60,449 bases of DNA from Octopus sinensis (GCF_006345805.1 NW_021832427.1:1-60449), one strand, 5' to 3'; counted from the stretch's first letter, positions 1 to 12,350 are shown. Numbers and translations: made by a program. Notes: generated by a model from the sequence alone, not told the origin.

Positions 1-120
1 TTTCTATATTTGCTGTGGTATATCAGTGTATCATAACCGTTAATACTAATAAGAACAGTAAAAACCACACCAATTTACTATAAGTGGACTGGATGATAAT
101 ACTCACCATGAAGTCGTACA

Positions 121-160
121 TTTATACTATATATATATATACATATATATATGTATATAT

Positions 161-193
<33 letters not shown>

Positions 194-303
194 GATATAT
201 ATATAATATATATATATGTATATACCTTATTATGTATATATATATATACATAGATATACATATATATATATATGTATACATATATATACACACACATATA
301 TAC

Positions 304-345
<42 letters not shown>

Positions 346-376
346 TAGATAGATACGTACATATGCCAATAGTTAT

Positions 377-416
<40 letters not shown>

Positions 417-430
417 GTGTGTGTGCGTGT
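121..430. repeat. Compound (TA)n/(GATA)n/(CA)n/(TG)n microsatellite
   Basis: Directly visible; explains the IY/YI and HT/CV ORFs in the track. Confidence 0.95.
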
Positions 431-798
431 GGGTGTGTGTGTGTGTGCATAGTCATCTACACGTATTTCTATGTATTCTTTTTGACGTCTTAGTAATAAT
501 GAGTTTTTTTCGATTCTCCTGGTTTTATGATCTAAAAAATGTACTCGTATTGATAATTGTTTCAAATCGGTAAGTTCTCTTATTGAGTTTAGAGCCTGAA
601 ACTTCTTAACACTTGACCGTTTATACAGTGTGCCATGGGTAACTTGTTGCCATTTTATAGTTTTAATTTCGCGCATGCGGTCGGTTTTTTTAAAATTTTG
701 ATTTTGTCGACTTCAGAGTATAGTAGGGTTACTTGGGCACCGTCTGTGAGAAAATAGCATCATGACGCAAGTCACTATGCTAGAAATTTGGAAACGAC

Positions 799-1024
799 AG
801 CGAGCTGGAAGAAACGTTAGCATTTCGGGAAATGCTTAGCGGTATTTCGTCTGCCGCTACGTTCTGAGTTCAAATTCCGCCGAGGATGACTTTGCCTTTC
901 ATCCTTTAGGGGTCGATTAACTAAGTACCAGTTACACACTGGGGTCCATATAATCGACTTAATCCGTTTGTCTCTCCTTATTTGTCCCCTCTCTGTATAA
1001 CCCCTTGAGGGCAGTAAAGAAATA
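799..1024 (+). mobile_element. tRNA-derived SINE family A inserted in the maT element
   Basis: Head CGAGCTGG..AGAAACGTTAGC and body GACTTTGCCTTTCATCCTTT.GGGGTCGAT are shared with many copies here. 17-bp TSD AGAAATTTGGAAAC(G/A)AC at 782-798 and 1025-1041. Confidence 0.9.
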
Positions 1025-1087
1025 AGAAATTTGGAAACAACATACTGTACTGTTTGGCTGGAAGCGACAATAGGAACATTTCAGAAC

Positions 1088-1614
1088 AACCGTTGGCTTG
1101 CTGTGTCCCCAAAACATGTAAGCGAGAGTTATAAAAGTCAAACATCCTATCAACATCATGATGCTGGAGTGATTTTTAGTGATGACGTTATGCTTCCATT
1201 CATCTTCCCACACGGCCTCAGAATCAACACGGTGGCCTACATCAAGTGCCTGAAGGAGGTAGTGCTGCCCTGGGTGAAGGAGGTTAGTGTTAAAAGACTA
1301 CATCTGGCAAGAGGACTCTGCACCATGCTACACAAAAAAGAGAGGTCAGTCATAGCTGTCAGACAATTTCTGCGACCACCACATCACTTCTAACATCTGG
1401 TCACCTAACTCCCCAGACTACAAGCCCCTTCATTATTATGTGTGGGGCGCAGGTGAGCGAGAGACCAACAAAACTGCTTGTAACACCAAAGATAACTGAA
1501 GGCAAAGATTATGCATTCACCAACTTAAACAAGGAAGCCGCCCAGAAGAGTTGCAGAAGATTCCAAAGTCGTCTTGAGGCCGTGGTCGAAGCTAATGGCG
1601 ATTTTATTAAATAA
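1088..1614 (+). pseudogene. maT/DD37D transposase catalytic-domain remnant
   Basis: Translates as NNRWLAVSPK...PFIFPHGLRINTVAYIKCLKEVVLPWVK...DSAPC...IWSPNSPDYKPLHYYVWG...RLEAVVEANGDFIK*. The second D to the third site (now H) spans 38 aa including a duplicated His codon, consistent with D37D. Contains stops and frameshifts. Confidence 0.8.
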
Positions 1615-1736
1615 ATTTACTCTTTAGTATTTCAAGATATTTTTATGTAATTTTGGTAAATATATCTGTTAAAATGAGATGTCAGTGTTATTTTCATTTT
1701 TGCGTAATTTAGACGACAATTTATTCACCGCACCCT

Positions 1737-2079
1737 TGTTTCAGTCATTTGACTGCGGCCATACTGGATTACTGCCTTTAGTCGAATAAATAGACCCCAT
1801 GACTTATTCTTTGTAAGCCAAATACTTATTCTATCGTTTTTATTTGTCGAACTGCTAGATTACGAGGACGTAAACACACCAACATCGGTTGTCAAGTGGC
1901 GGTGGGGGGAGAAACACAGACACAGAAATACATATATACATACATATATATATATATATATGTATACATACGACGGGCTTCTTCCAGTTTCCCTCTACCA
2001 AGGTGCCACGCAGTGGGACTGGACCCGGAACCATGTGGTTCGTAAGCAAGCTACTTACCACACAGCCACTCCTACGCCT
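1737..2079 (-). mobile_element. tRNA-derived SINE family B (internally deleted)
   Basis: Reverse complement of head GGAGTGGCTGTGTGGTAAGTAGCTTGC..CCACATGGTTCCGGG, internal (TA)n, tail GCAGTCAAATGACTGAAACAA. Confidence 0.85.
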
Positions 2080-2228
2080 ATAGCTGCGAACATCTGATGT
2101 ACCTATTTTGATGTCACCTGGCGATCATATATGGCTTGTTCTTTTCCTATGTCCGATGTCCCTTAGCTAATCTAATTCACTTGTCCTGTTTGCTTGTTTT
2201 GCATTTTCCTCCTGCTCTCTTGGCTGCA

Positions 2229-2297
2229 TTAACAATGCAAGTATTAGCAATGAAAGTATTAACAATGAAAATATTAGCATGGAAGTATTAACAATAC
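2229..2297. repeat. ~15-bp minisatellite GTATTA(A/G)CAATGAAA, about 5 units
   Basis: Visible degenerate tandem units. Confidence 0.7.
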
Positions 2298-3065
2298 ATT
2301 GTGTACCGTATTTCCTTGCATCTTCTAGTTTTTCTTGTTATTTGTTGTTTGTCGTTTCTTCTGTCATTGCTATCTGTATTTTCTTCTTTCAGTATCCAAT
2401 GTTTTTATTAATATGAAGGCAAGGAGAGCCCCTCCCCCTTATAAAAATGGTCATTAGAAACAAATACAACACCGCCAATTTTTGACGGGTAAGCAGAAAT
2501 GATGTGATTGGCTACCGAAAATACTATAATCGTACCGGAATGTTGACTGGCTGTTGAAAATAGTGAGTTTTTGCTTCAATGCTGACTCGAGGCTCGTAGT
2601 ACTGTGGTTGTACACCAGCGCTTACTGACTACTAAATAAAGCGGGATCTTTTCTCATTTTTTATCAACTACTGACTGTGAAGTCACAAATGTACTTCCTC
2701 TCACGCCCAGCAGTTTTATGCACTTTTTTTTATTCCTTGTCTCTTTAAGTGTAAGGGAAAATATAATTTCTGAAGCAGCATAGGTTAAAAAAATTCAAAA
2801 TCGCCATTTGAAGAGGATCATAGAAATAATTATGAGAAGGAAAGGAACACAAAACCAACAAAAACTTTTCGCCGCCGTGGTGTGTGTGTATGTCTAACTC
2901 TATATATGTATATAACTTATTATAAGCGTTTCCGTATGTGCGTAAGTGTGTGTGTGCGCATGTGTATTTGTGTGGTATATATATACATATACACATATAC
3001 GCATTGGTGACGTGGCGTAATGAATCTTGTTGAATGAGCAACTTCCAGTCTACCACATATATATA

Positions 3066-3296
3066 ATTCTTTACTGCCCACAAGGGGCTAAACACAGAGG
3101 GGACAAACAAGGACAGACAAAGGGATTTAGTCGATTACATCGACCCCAGTGCGTAACTGGTACTTAATTTATCGACCCCGAAAGGATGAATGGCAAAGTC
3201 GACCTCGGCGGAATTTGAACTCAGAACGTAACGACAGACGGAATACGGCTACGCATTTCGCCCGGCGTGCTAACGTTTCTGCCAGCTCGCCGCCTT
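3066..3296 (-). mobile_element. SINE family A
   Basis: Full reverse-complement copy ending CCAGCTCGCCGCCTT. Confidence 0.9.
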
Positions 3297-4081
3297 ATAT
3301 AGCTCTACCACATATAGCATTGTGCAAGGTATGTGCGTACTAGCATAGACGTGGTGAACTCCTACAGACATACACGCATGCGCGCACACACTCACACACA
3401 CACATACACATACTCACACACACACATACACACAATCACACACACACGCACACTAAACCGAAAACTCATGTTTCAAAACGAAAATATCTTGTAATGATAT
3501 TTATTGTGCTCTGTAATATAAAAATCTCTTGGCAACGTCGCCGTTAAAAGTACAGCGAAGTAATGATTGCTCATTTGGAATCATGTAACCCTCGGACGCT
3601 TTGTTCGTTACTTGTGATATAAATTAAAGACCGACGTAAATAAATGACATTTGGCAGTACAAAATGTTGTGAAGCAGAAAATTAATTCATAGTCAAAAAT
3701 AAAGTATATCCATTGACCTTTGAAGTTTGAGTACAAATCCAGTAAGTGTTGACGTTGTCCATCACATATTACGGGAGTCGATAAAGTAGGAAGTAGTTAC
3801 GCAGTAGCAAATTTAACTGACGGCCTGATTTTGCCCTACAGATGTTTGGCTTTCTGTCAAGATAAGAAATAATTATTAATATCGATGCACTGTTATGAGG
3901 ATATTAATGTCACTTTTGATTGAGCATCGTTAGTATTTCCAAGTTTGGTTGACAGTTGATTGATATATTTAGTTCAAATCAAATTTCATGAATAATAAGA
4001 TTTTATTTTAAAATTCTATTATTAACCGTGCAGTGATGGATTGGCATATATATTACATATATTATATATATATTATATATA

Positions 4082-4127
<46 letters not shown>

Positions 4128-4551
4128 TACATACACACAACACATACATATATATATAATATGTATGTGTGTGTGTGTGTGTATGTGCCAAACCTGCACT
4201 CGGTTAATAATAAATTATTATACATGTATTATATCTATTCATATATATGTGTGTGTATGTGTGTGTGTGTGTGTGCGCGCGCGCGCGTATACGTATGTAT
4301 TGCAATACATTATATTATCTTTGGATCGATTTCAGTTGCCCATTATACTCAAAGAGACATATTGATGACAGGCACACTGACAATCATAAATATTGGTGAA
4401 ATCCTATTTGAATACAATTCATAGCCAACTGTATAGTCTTCGGAGAATTTCTGTCAATAATAAGTTTTAACAATTAGTTTAGCCTTTTACTAAAATTACG
4501 CCGATTTGTTTTACAAAGATATGGTTAACTACAGTATCCTCTAGAATAACA

Positions 4552-5703
4552 TTAGGTTATCCCATAAGTTCTGTCCGATTTTACCATTTTTAAAATTGAA
4601 TGAAATTTTATAGTATTTTAGAATGTCTAGCAGAATTTAAAAATATTTTATGCATTTGTGTACATTTAAACGAATTAAATATTATTTTACAGAACAATAG
4701 AATTGAAATTTCTTTGATTAAAACCCTTTCTAGCATGGAAGTATCCAAAGAGCATTTAAGGCACATAATGCTTTATGAGTATAAAAAAGGAAACTCTGCA
4801 GCCGAAGCAACTTGAAACACACTCATTTTATGGGAAAGAATGCTTGAATGAAAGAACTTGCAGAAGATGGTTTGCAAATTTCAGAAGTGGAGTTTTCAGC
4901 CTTGAAGATGAAGATCGAACAGGACGTCCAGTTGAGTTTGATGATAAGCTCCTTGAGGCATTACTTGAAGAAAAGCCTGCATTATCAGTTAAGGAATTGG
5001 CAATAAAGCTTAGTTTAGCAACCGCAAATCCCGAGCTGACATCTGCTCTTTTCTCCATTTTCGTGATAGACTTGTGACTGGTGACGAAAAATTGATCTTC
5101 TATCGAAATGTTAAACATTGTAAACAGTGGCTTGGTAAAAGGGGAAAAGCTCAACCACAACGGAGAAAAGAACTTCATGGAAAAAAGGTTCTTCTCTCTA
5201 TTTGGTGGGATTGCAAAGGAGTAATTCACTTTGAATTGCTCAAGTGTATTGTCATCAATTAGAATTAGAGCGTTTGAATCAAGCTTTGAAGAAAAGAAGA
5301 CCCGTTTTAGTGAATCGAAAAGGGGTCATGTTTCATCAGGACAATGCGCGACCCCACACTGCAAAGATCACATCACAGAAGATCGAAGAGCTTGGTTGGG
5401 AAAAAATTCCTCATCCACCTTATTGTCCCGACTTTTCTCCTTCAGACTGCCTTTTATTTCGTAGTTTACAGAATCATTTGGGGGACAGAACTTTCGCAAC
5501 CCAGCAGGAGATCGAAACTGACATTTCAGAGTTCTTCGCTTTGAAACCAAATGAGTTTTACATTGATGGGATTAAAAAGCTTGTACATAGAATGAAGGAA
5601 GTCATAGATAATCAGGGAAAGTACATTAATGATTAACTTTCAATTAAATATAACACTTGTTTTCTTTATTCAAAATTCGGACAGAACTTATAGGATAACC
5701 TGA
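4552..5703 (+). mobile_element. mariner (DD34D) DNA transposon with both TIRs, internally deleted
   Basis: Left TIR TTAGGTTATCCCATAAGTTCTGTCCGATTTT versus right (reverse complement) TCAGGTTATCCTATAAGTTCTGTCCGAATTT. TA at 5704-5705; the left flank reads CA. Confidence 0.92.
4735..5636 (+). pseudogene. mariner transposase pseudogene
   Basis: MEVSKEHLRHIMLYEYKKGNSAAEAT*; HTH region RWFANFRSG..LEDEDRTGRP; VTGDEK; FHQDNARPH...PPYCPDFSPSD with exactly 34 aa between the two Ds. Broken by a stop, frameshifts and deletions. Confidence 0.92.
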
Positions 5704-6920
5704 TATTACTGAATGAGGTGTGTATACAACGAAATAAGGTCGGCTCTGTGGGGATACGATTGCATTTTTGTGAATATTGCTTACATCTGCTATGAAAAGA
5801 AATCTGCTATGAGAAGAAAATTAGAACAAGATTATAGATATTGGTTCAAAAGATTCTGAACCATTTAACGGCGAATGAAATTGTAACTTTCTATTTCGTC
5901 TCAGTTTTGCTTTTATAAAAGTGTCGAGGGCATATATTTCGGTATATTCATACATAGAAATTCACATTCACACTCACATACAATAATATCAAACAGAGGG
6001 AATGAGTGCTCAACATTCTTTTCGATGATTAACGGTGTTTCCTATCGTTTCATGTGGAAAGAATTGTCTCATCCAATACCAAAGCAATTACCAATATTTT
6101 TAAGCGAACGCTCGGACAATTTATGGAAATTCTTTCCACGTGAAAACATCCATAGCAGTATTAATACTCAAATAAAATACCAGCCGTTTTTTTTTCTTTG
6201 TAACTTAGATATAAACTCTATTGTCTTTCATTGTATTTGTCTCCTTTCTATTTCTCACTCAAGAATGACGGTACGAAAGGCTGGATTTTATATTCACTGC
6301 ACTCTGTTTATCGATTTTACAACGTAAGTCCTTTCGTCTCAAACCAGCAGCAACCTGTTTGGGATCTGCTTTATCATATATTTATGTGTGTGTGAGTGTG
6401 TACATGTATATATATTTAAATATATATTATATTTACGTACATATTTACGTGTGTGTGTGCATGCGTATGTGTGTGTATGCTTTTCAACATTCTAAAACAA
6501 TGCTAGTGCTAAGGGATGTAAGAGTACCCATTGTCCTATATTCTGTATATTCGTAGTTCCAATGCCTAGTGGATTCTGGCTAGCTAGCAGTAACAATGGT
6601 AAGACAGTAGCTTGCGCATCTAGAAACACCGAGCAGCAGAATTCAAAGGGGTGACTACGGTATTGGTTCTCGTAAATGACATGTTGAGATTGGACAAGAC
6701 TGTGATAAGAAAGTGAGAATCATGATGGAAGAATAGAAAAAGGTAAAACGAAATGAACGGGAAGAAATTCGATTACCTGAAGTAGCCTCAGATAAATTGA
6801 GATGTAATACGGTTTATGTTTATGCTATGAAAACAATGTTTTCGAGAGTATTAATATTATTCTGGATCAATTTATTGAGAGTTGTTGCATTAATAACTAT
6901 ATATATATATATATATATAT

Positions 6921-7247
6921 ATCTGTAAATGTAATATGTGACAATTATTCGGTAGCCATGATAAAATTCCGAGTATCGGATGCCGAGGTGGAAATCCATG
7001 CCACCATCACTTCAGTTATCCGGCCATCGGAAAAATGCCCCGAGCTCAAAACAAAACAAAACAAAAAAAAAAACAGAAGGCATTTTTCCGATGGCCGGAT
7101 AAATGAAGAGATGGCGGCGTGGATTTCCAATTCGGCATCTGAAACTCGGAGTTTTATCATGGCTACCGAATAATTGTCACATATTACAACTACAGATAAA
7201 TTCCTTTATTTACATAATATCGAGGTCTTTCTTCCTTTTGTTGTCTT
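6921..7247. mobile_element. Foldback MITE with ~119-bp inverted arms
   Basis: 6921-7039 is the reverse complement of 7079-7197 at roughly 85-90% identity. The right arm extends to 7247 and matches 27609-27778. Confidence 0.8.
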
Positions 7248-7254
7248 ACCGTTT

Positions 7255-7485
<231 letters not shown>

Positions 7486-7543
7486 AAGCAAAGTAACTTG
7501 TTATGAAATCTTAGTAAGAGATAGATTAGTAACATATACTAAA

Positions 7544-7832
7544 CAGAAGAGGGAATTGCGAAATCAAAGTGGAATATGGATGTTACTAGTAGTTTAACCC
7601 CAGGCAAATTCTCTGCCAATTGCTTTTCAAAGCCCCGTTCTGCATCCTTTATATTCAGTTTATTGCTAGCAGGGGAAGCGAATGCCTACTAACGCCTATC
7701 AACTTACAGGATCGCGGGACGTGCTAAGTTTCGAGCTAGTTGGCACTCCGTCAGGCGTGCGCAGCTGCGCAATGGAGTGATAGCTAAGATCCACTTATAC
7801 TAGCGATATATTGTAACCCAAAGTGACCATCG
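7544..7832. mobile_element. Truncated MITE copy, inverted relative to its neighbour
   Basis: Starts with the same TIR (..ATCAAAGTGG..ATGTTACTAGTAGTTTAACCCCAGGCAAATTCTCTGCCAAT). Its interior is the reverse complement of the interior of 7907-8286. Confidence 0.7.
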
Positions 7833-7906
7833 GTCACTGATTTTCAACAAACAAAATAGTTAGTTATAAAATCTCATGAAGTGATAGGGTACTAACGTAT
7901 ACTAAA

Positions 7907-8286
7907 CAGTAAAGCCAGTCGCCACATCAATGTGGTAGTTGCATGTTACTACTAGTTTAGCCCCAGGCAGATTCTCCGCCAGCTGGTTTGCGATGCAACC
8001 CTCTGCATCTTTTATATATACGATGGTCACTTTGTTTACAACGTATCGCTAGCAGAAGCGGATTTTAGCTGTCACTCTATTGCGCAGGTGCGCGCAGCTG
8101 ACGAAGAACCAACTAGCTCGATACTGGGCCGGTCGCGCTTTCTTGTTTGCTTATGAGCGTTAGTAGGGGTTCACTCTCCCGGCTAGTGATATATTATATA
8201 GTATATAGGATTGGCGGAGAATCTGCCTGGGGTTAAACTAGTAGTAACATTCAACTGCCACTTTGATGCGACAACCAGCTCTACTG
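7907..8286. mobile_element. MITE with ~75-bp TIRs, superfamily unassigned
   Basis: CAGTAAAGCCAGTCGCCACATCAATGTGG..CCCCAGGCAGATTCTCCGCCA at the left end is the reverse complement of TGGCGGAGAATCTGCCTGGGG..CCACTTTGATGCGACAACCAGCTCTACTG at the right. No clear TSD. Confidence 0.75.
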
Positions 8287-8311
8287 TTATGAAAAGCTAA
8301 CATACACATGT

Positions 8312-8635
8312 GTGGCATCTTGGGCAAGTGTCTTCTGCTATAGCCCCGGGCCGAACAATGCCTTGTGAGTGGATTTGGTAGACGGAAACTGAAAGAAGCC
8401 TGTCGTATATATGTATGTATATATATATGTGTGTGTGTTTGTCCCCCTAGCATTGCTTGACAACCGATGCTGGTGTGTTTACGTCCCCGCCACTTAGCGG
8501 TTCGGCAAAAGTGACTGATAGAATAAGTACTGGGCCTACAAAGAATAAGTCCCGGGGTCGATTTGCTCGACTAAAGGCGGTGCTCCAGCATGGCCGCAGT
8601 CAAATGACTGAAACAAGTAAAAGAGTAAAGACTAA
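8312..8635 (+). mobile_element. SINE family B, 5'-truncated
   Basis: CTTGGGCAAGTGTCTTCT...GGTAGACGGAAACTGAAAGAAGCC...GCAGTCAAATGACTGAAACAAGTAAAAGAG. Confidence 0.88.
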
Positions 8636-8642
8636 AGAGAGA

Positions 8643-8677
<35 letters not shown>

Positions 8678-9189
8678 CATAGCTGTAGATAAGCATAAAT
8701 GAAACAATATATGCCTGTATGCATTGCATCCTTTGTGCATATAAGTCTGAGGCGACGAGATATCGTGCACGCCTCCACTCGCCTTTCGTATTCTCGTGAT
8801 ATCATTACATTCCTTTCGGAAAAAGCCGACTTTACAAAGCACAGACACTGATCCTGTTGATGTGTATGTTAGCTTTTCATAACAGAACATTGACTGACAA
8901 TGCCGTAACCATGACAATAAATAAGAGAAATCAGTTATATACGACATGTTTCCGTATACAGAATTAATTAAAAAATAAGTAATTATTTTCTTGTTCCACA
9001 CACTAAGTTAATCAATATACACGCATGCAGACGTGCATACCGAGACAGATATACGTACACACTCATGAACTCATAGACACATATGTATATTTGTATATTC
9101 GTATTTCACTAGGAAATGATGTTCTCACATATCTCTATACAAATCTACATATTGATGTTTAATATACATGTGTATGTCGCTCTGTGTGT

Positions 9190-9209
9190 GTATACACACA
9201 CATACACAT

Positions 9210-9258
<49 letters not shown>

Positions 9259-9340
9259 CATACATTCACAGAGATACATACATACATACATACATATATA
9301 TATATACATATATAAATATATGTAGATATATGTGTGTGCA

Positions 9341-9387
<47 letters not shown>

Positions 9388-9421
9388 ATATATATATGTA
9401 AGTAGAAATGTGAATATATAT

Positions 9422-9467
<46 letters not shown>

Positions 9468-9504
9468 ATATATATATATGTATATGTATATATGTGTGTA
9501 TATA

Positions 9505-9553
<49 letters not shown>

Positions 9554-9630
9554 CATATATATATGGTTGTATTTATGAATGTATATACATACATATATAT
9601 ATATATATATGTATATGTATATATATGCAT
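9190..9630. repeat. Long (CA)n/(TA)n/(TATG)n microsatellite
   Basis: Directly visible. Confidence 0.95.
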
Positions 9631-10268
9631 ACATACATGTATCTGTGAAAGGGAAGGACATGTATGCGCTCTCTACCTCGAGGGCATAAACAGCATTGCA
9701 TAACCAAAGACCCAAAATGATCTTCAGCGAATCGATTTGCTCAGTATAAATCATTGTGGTTTACTTGTAAAGAGTAATTATGTACGTCTGCTGTGTATAT
9801 GGGCCCAAGAGCTGTCTGACTTACGACATTGACTGTGCTATCACTAAGGTAGATGAACATTATTCAAGACAGTTATATATCGAAACTGATCTTTGTGACT
9901 TGTCTGAAGAAACAATTCCATTAAATACAATGAGAGCGATTCTTTCTTAACATTTCTTTAAGAATAGATTGGAAACTATAAAGGAATATAGAAAGTGAGA
10001 GGGAGAGAGGGAGAGCGATATTGTACTTTATACACACTCTCTTATACACAAGCACACATTTTTGTCTCTCTCACTCTTTCTCTGTGTGTGTGTGTGTAAA
10101 TATATATATATATATATATACGCTGGTGGAAAAGGGAGAGCAGAAATTTTTCGCTTGCATATTTGAGTTTGCTGGCACTGTTAGTTTCGAGCAGATCTTC
10201 AGAAGCGATAAGAAGCCGAAAGGGTATGCTCCCACTTTCAGTGTTTTCAAATCCAAACCAAGGAGTTC

Positions 10269-10320
10269 TGAGCTGATGATAGAAATGTCGAGTTGACTAA
10301 TCTTGAAACGTACGTTCTCA
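10269..10320 (+). ncRNA. Type I hammerhead ribozyme
   Basis: Stem I UGAG/CUCA, core CUGAUGA, stem II AGA/UCU with inner GUCG/UGAC and a U.U closing mismatch, GAAA, stem III within palindrome AACGUACGUU. Predicted cleavage after GUU at 10316/10317. Confidence 0.72.
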
Positions 10321-10820
10321 AATAACCTTTGCATTTGATTTTTTAATGTCTTTACCCCCATACTTTCGTGAGTTGAATTGAGCAACACTATATGAGAGAG
10401 GTTTTCTTTAAGTATTAGAAATAGATTAAAAAAAGTTTTTTTAGCTACTATTTCTAATGAGTCAGTATGCGGCAAAGTAATTTATTTTACTAAGCCCTTT
10501 TAATAATGATAATTTGAATTCGCCTTAAATGGCCCTTTGCATACTGAAACTTGGTGAAATTGATTAATAATTAATTAATTTTACCCTCAATTGTTGAAAT
10601 TATAATTCATCTCTCTCTATTTAATGCCTCGGATTTTACCGAAAAAGCATAGTGTTTGCTGATTTTAACCCACGCTGGTGGAAAGGGGAGAGCAGAAATT
10701 CTTCGCTTGCATATTTGAGTTTGCTGGCACTGTTAGTTTCGAGCAGATCTTCAGAAGCGATAAGAAGCCGAAAGGGTATGCTCCCACTTTCAGTGTTTTC
10801 AAATCCAAACCAAGGAGTTC

Positions 10821-10872
10821 TGAGCTGATGATAGAAATGTCGAGTTGACTAATCTTGAAACGTACGTTCTCA
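10821..10872 (+). ncRNA. Type I hammerhead ribozyme (second tandem unit)
   Basis: Identical motif 552 bp downstream; predicted cleavage at 10868/10869. Confidence 0.72.
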
Positions 10873-11160
10873 AATAACCTTTGCATTTGATTTTTTAATG
10901 GCTTTACCCCCATACTTTCGTGAGTTGAATTGAGCAAACACTATATGAGAGAGGTTTTCTTTAAGTATTAGAAATAGTTTAAAAAAAGTTTTTTTAGCTA
11001 CTATTTCTAATGAGTTCAGTATGCGGCAAAGTAATTTATTTTACTAAGCCCTTTTATATAATGTAATAATTTGAATTCGCCTTAAATGGTCCCTTTGCAT
11101 ACTGAATACTTGGTGAAATTGATTAATAAATAATTAATTTTACCCTCAATTGTTGAAATA

Positions 11161-11199
<39 letters not shown>

Positions 11200-11208
<9 letters not shown>

Positions 11209-11750
11209 AGAGAGATGAGAGAGAGAGAGAGAGAGAGAGAGAAGGAGGAGTAAGAGCGATATGTTTGCCACTTCTGTCCCACTCATTACATACACAGAAA
11301 CAGAAAGGGAGAGAGAGAGAAAGAAAGAGAAGGGAGAGAGAGAGAGAGAGAGAGTGAGAGAAAAGGAATGCGCGAAAATGAATCAGAATGAATAAAAGTC
11401 GTAGTGAAAGAGAACAAGGACAAAGAAAGAGTGAAAAAGTAGTAACGAAAGAAGGAGATTGTGACGAAAAACTAGATAGATGAAGAGAAGAGAGACAAGA
11501 GACGGCGAGAGAAAAGGGGAGGAAAGGGAGATAGAATTATAGATTGAGAGGAATTTCTAATGTCAAGACAAATTTGAGATAATTGTATAAATTAAAGAGT
11601 ATTAAGCGTAGGGCGGAAAAAGAAGAGAGAAATGCATAGAAAGAAAGGCTTAAGAAAGAAAGAAAGAAAGAATAAGAGAGAAAGAGAAAGAAAGAGAGAG
11701 AAAGAATTAGAGAGAAAAGGAAGAGAAGGGGAGAAAAATACATGAGAATT
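11200..11750. repeat. Purine-rich (GA)n/(GAAA)n low-complexity tract
   Basis: Directly visible; source of the FLS-rich antisense ORFs. Confidence 0.85.
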
Positions 11751-12154
11751 AAAAGATAAATTTAATTTTATCGCAAACATAAATTAATGTTGTAGAACTT
11801 TTGTAAAAATCCCAATCAAAATAAAGTTTACTTTATTTCTATGGTGTATTTAACTCTGTTTTACTTGCCACAACAATTTCTGCGGTTTCGAATCCGGATG
11901 TGCTCGATGTCACTATCTTCTAAATGGCGGCATACAAGGTGGTCATAATTTATCTAGTGATACGCAGGTTAAAATTTCGAACAGAATACGTGGCGTGGCT
12001 ATGTGGTAAGAAGTTTGATTCCAAAATACATGGTTCCAGATCCAGTTCCGACTGCATGACACTCTGCTATAATTCTGGGTGTTGATAGACGGAACCTGAA
12101 AGAATCTCTTCATATATATATATATATATATATAATATATATATAATATATATA

Positions 12155-12350
12155 TAGGGAGAAGGTTTACGAAAATAAACAAAAGACGAAGGCAGGCGGA
12201 GTACAAACAAACACTTGTATTAGTATGGCGCTCAGGAATAGAAATAAAACAAGTCTTTTACGTTTCGAGCCTACGCTCTTCAACAGAAAGATACACAGAA
12301 AAGAAACAAGCAGAGAAACAAGGAGATAAAATAAATGCGTGCAGGAGCTA
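12155..12350 (-). mobile_element. PLE-type tail (pLTR-like) in (TA)n, same family as the repeats at 58431-58998
   Basis: Reverse complement shares GAAGAGCGTAGGCTCGAAA..AAAGACTT..TTCC.GAGCG..ATACTAAT.CA...CTTCGTCTT..TTCTCCCTATAT with 58443-58599. Confidence 0.75.
12254..12291 (-). ncRNA. Minimal hammerhead-like motif with variant core CUGUUGA
   Basis: Sense reads UCUUU-CUGUUGA-A-GAGC(GUAG)GCUC-GAAA-CGUA-AAAGA. All stems pair, but conserved A6 is U. Confidence 0.55.

Larger units (their letters stand above)
626..1736 (+). mobile_element. Internally deleted maT (DD37D) Tc1/mariner element
   Basis: Left end TA|CAGTGTGCCATGGGTAACTTGTTGCC resembles the reverse complement of the right end GACGACAATTTATTCACCGCACCCT. 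ATG at 762 starts MTQVTMLEIWKR, followed by a DDE-domain remnant. A SINE interrupts the element. Confidence 0.8.
10121..11159 (+). mobile_element. 552-bp tandem hammerhead-carrying element (retrozyme-like or non-autonomous PLE derivative), about 1.9 units
   Basis: CGCTGGTGGAAA at 10121 and 10673 gives a period of 552. One HHR per unit; (TA)n on both sides; relative at 25508-26360. Confidence 0.8.

Noticed and set aside
230-676. 148-aa minus-strand ORF
   Set aside because: Half microsatellite, and it starts inside the maT left end; no motif recognised.
4828-5550. Extra ORFs overlapping the mariner
   Set aside because: Antisense or alternative frames of the transposase pseudogene.
8600-9001. 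133-aa minus-strand ORF
   Set aside because: GTG start, runs into (CA)n and a SINE tail; no recognisable motif.
10071-10937. Minus-strand ORFs of 134 and 90 aa in the 552-bp unit
   Set aside because: No recognisable domain, antisense to the HHR, and broken by stops and frameshifts in the 26-kb copy.
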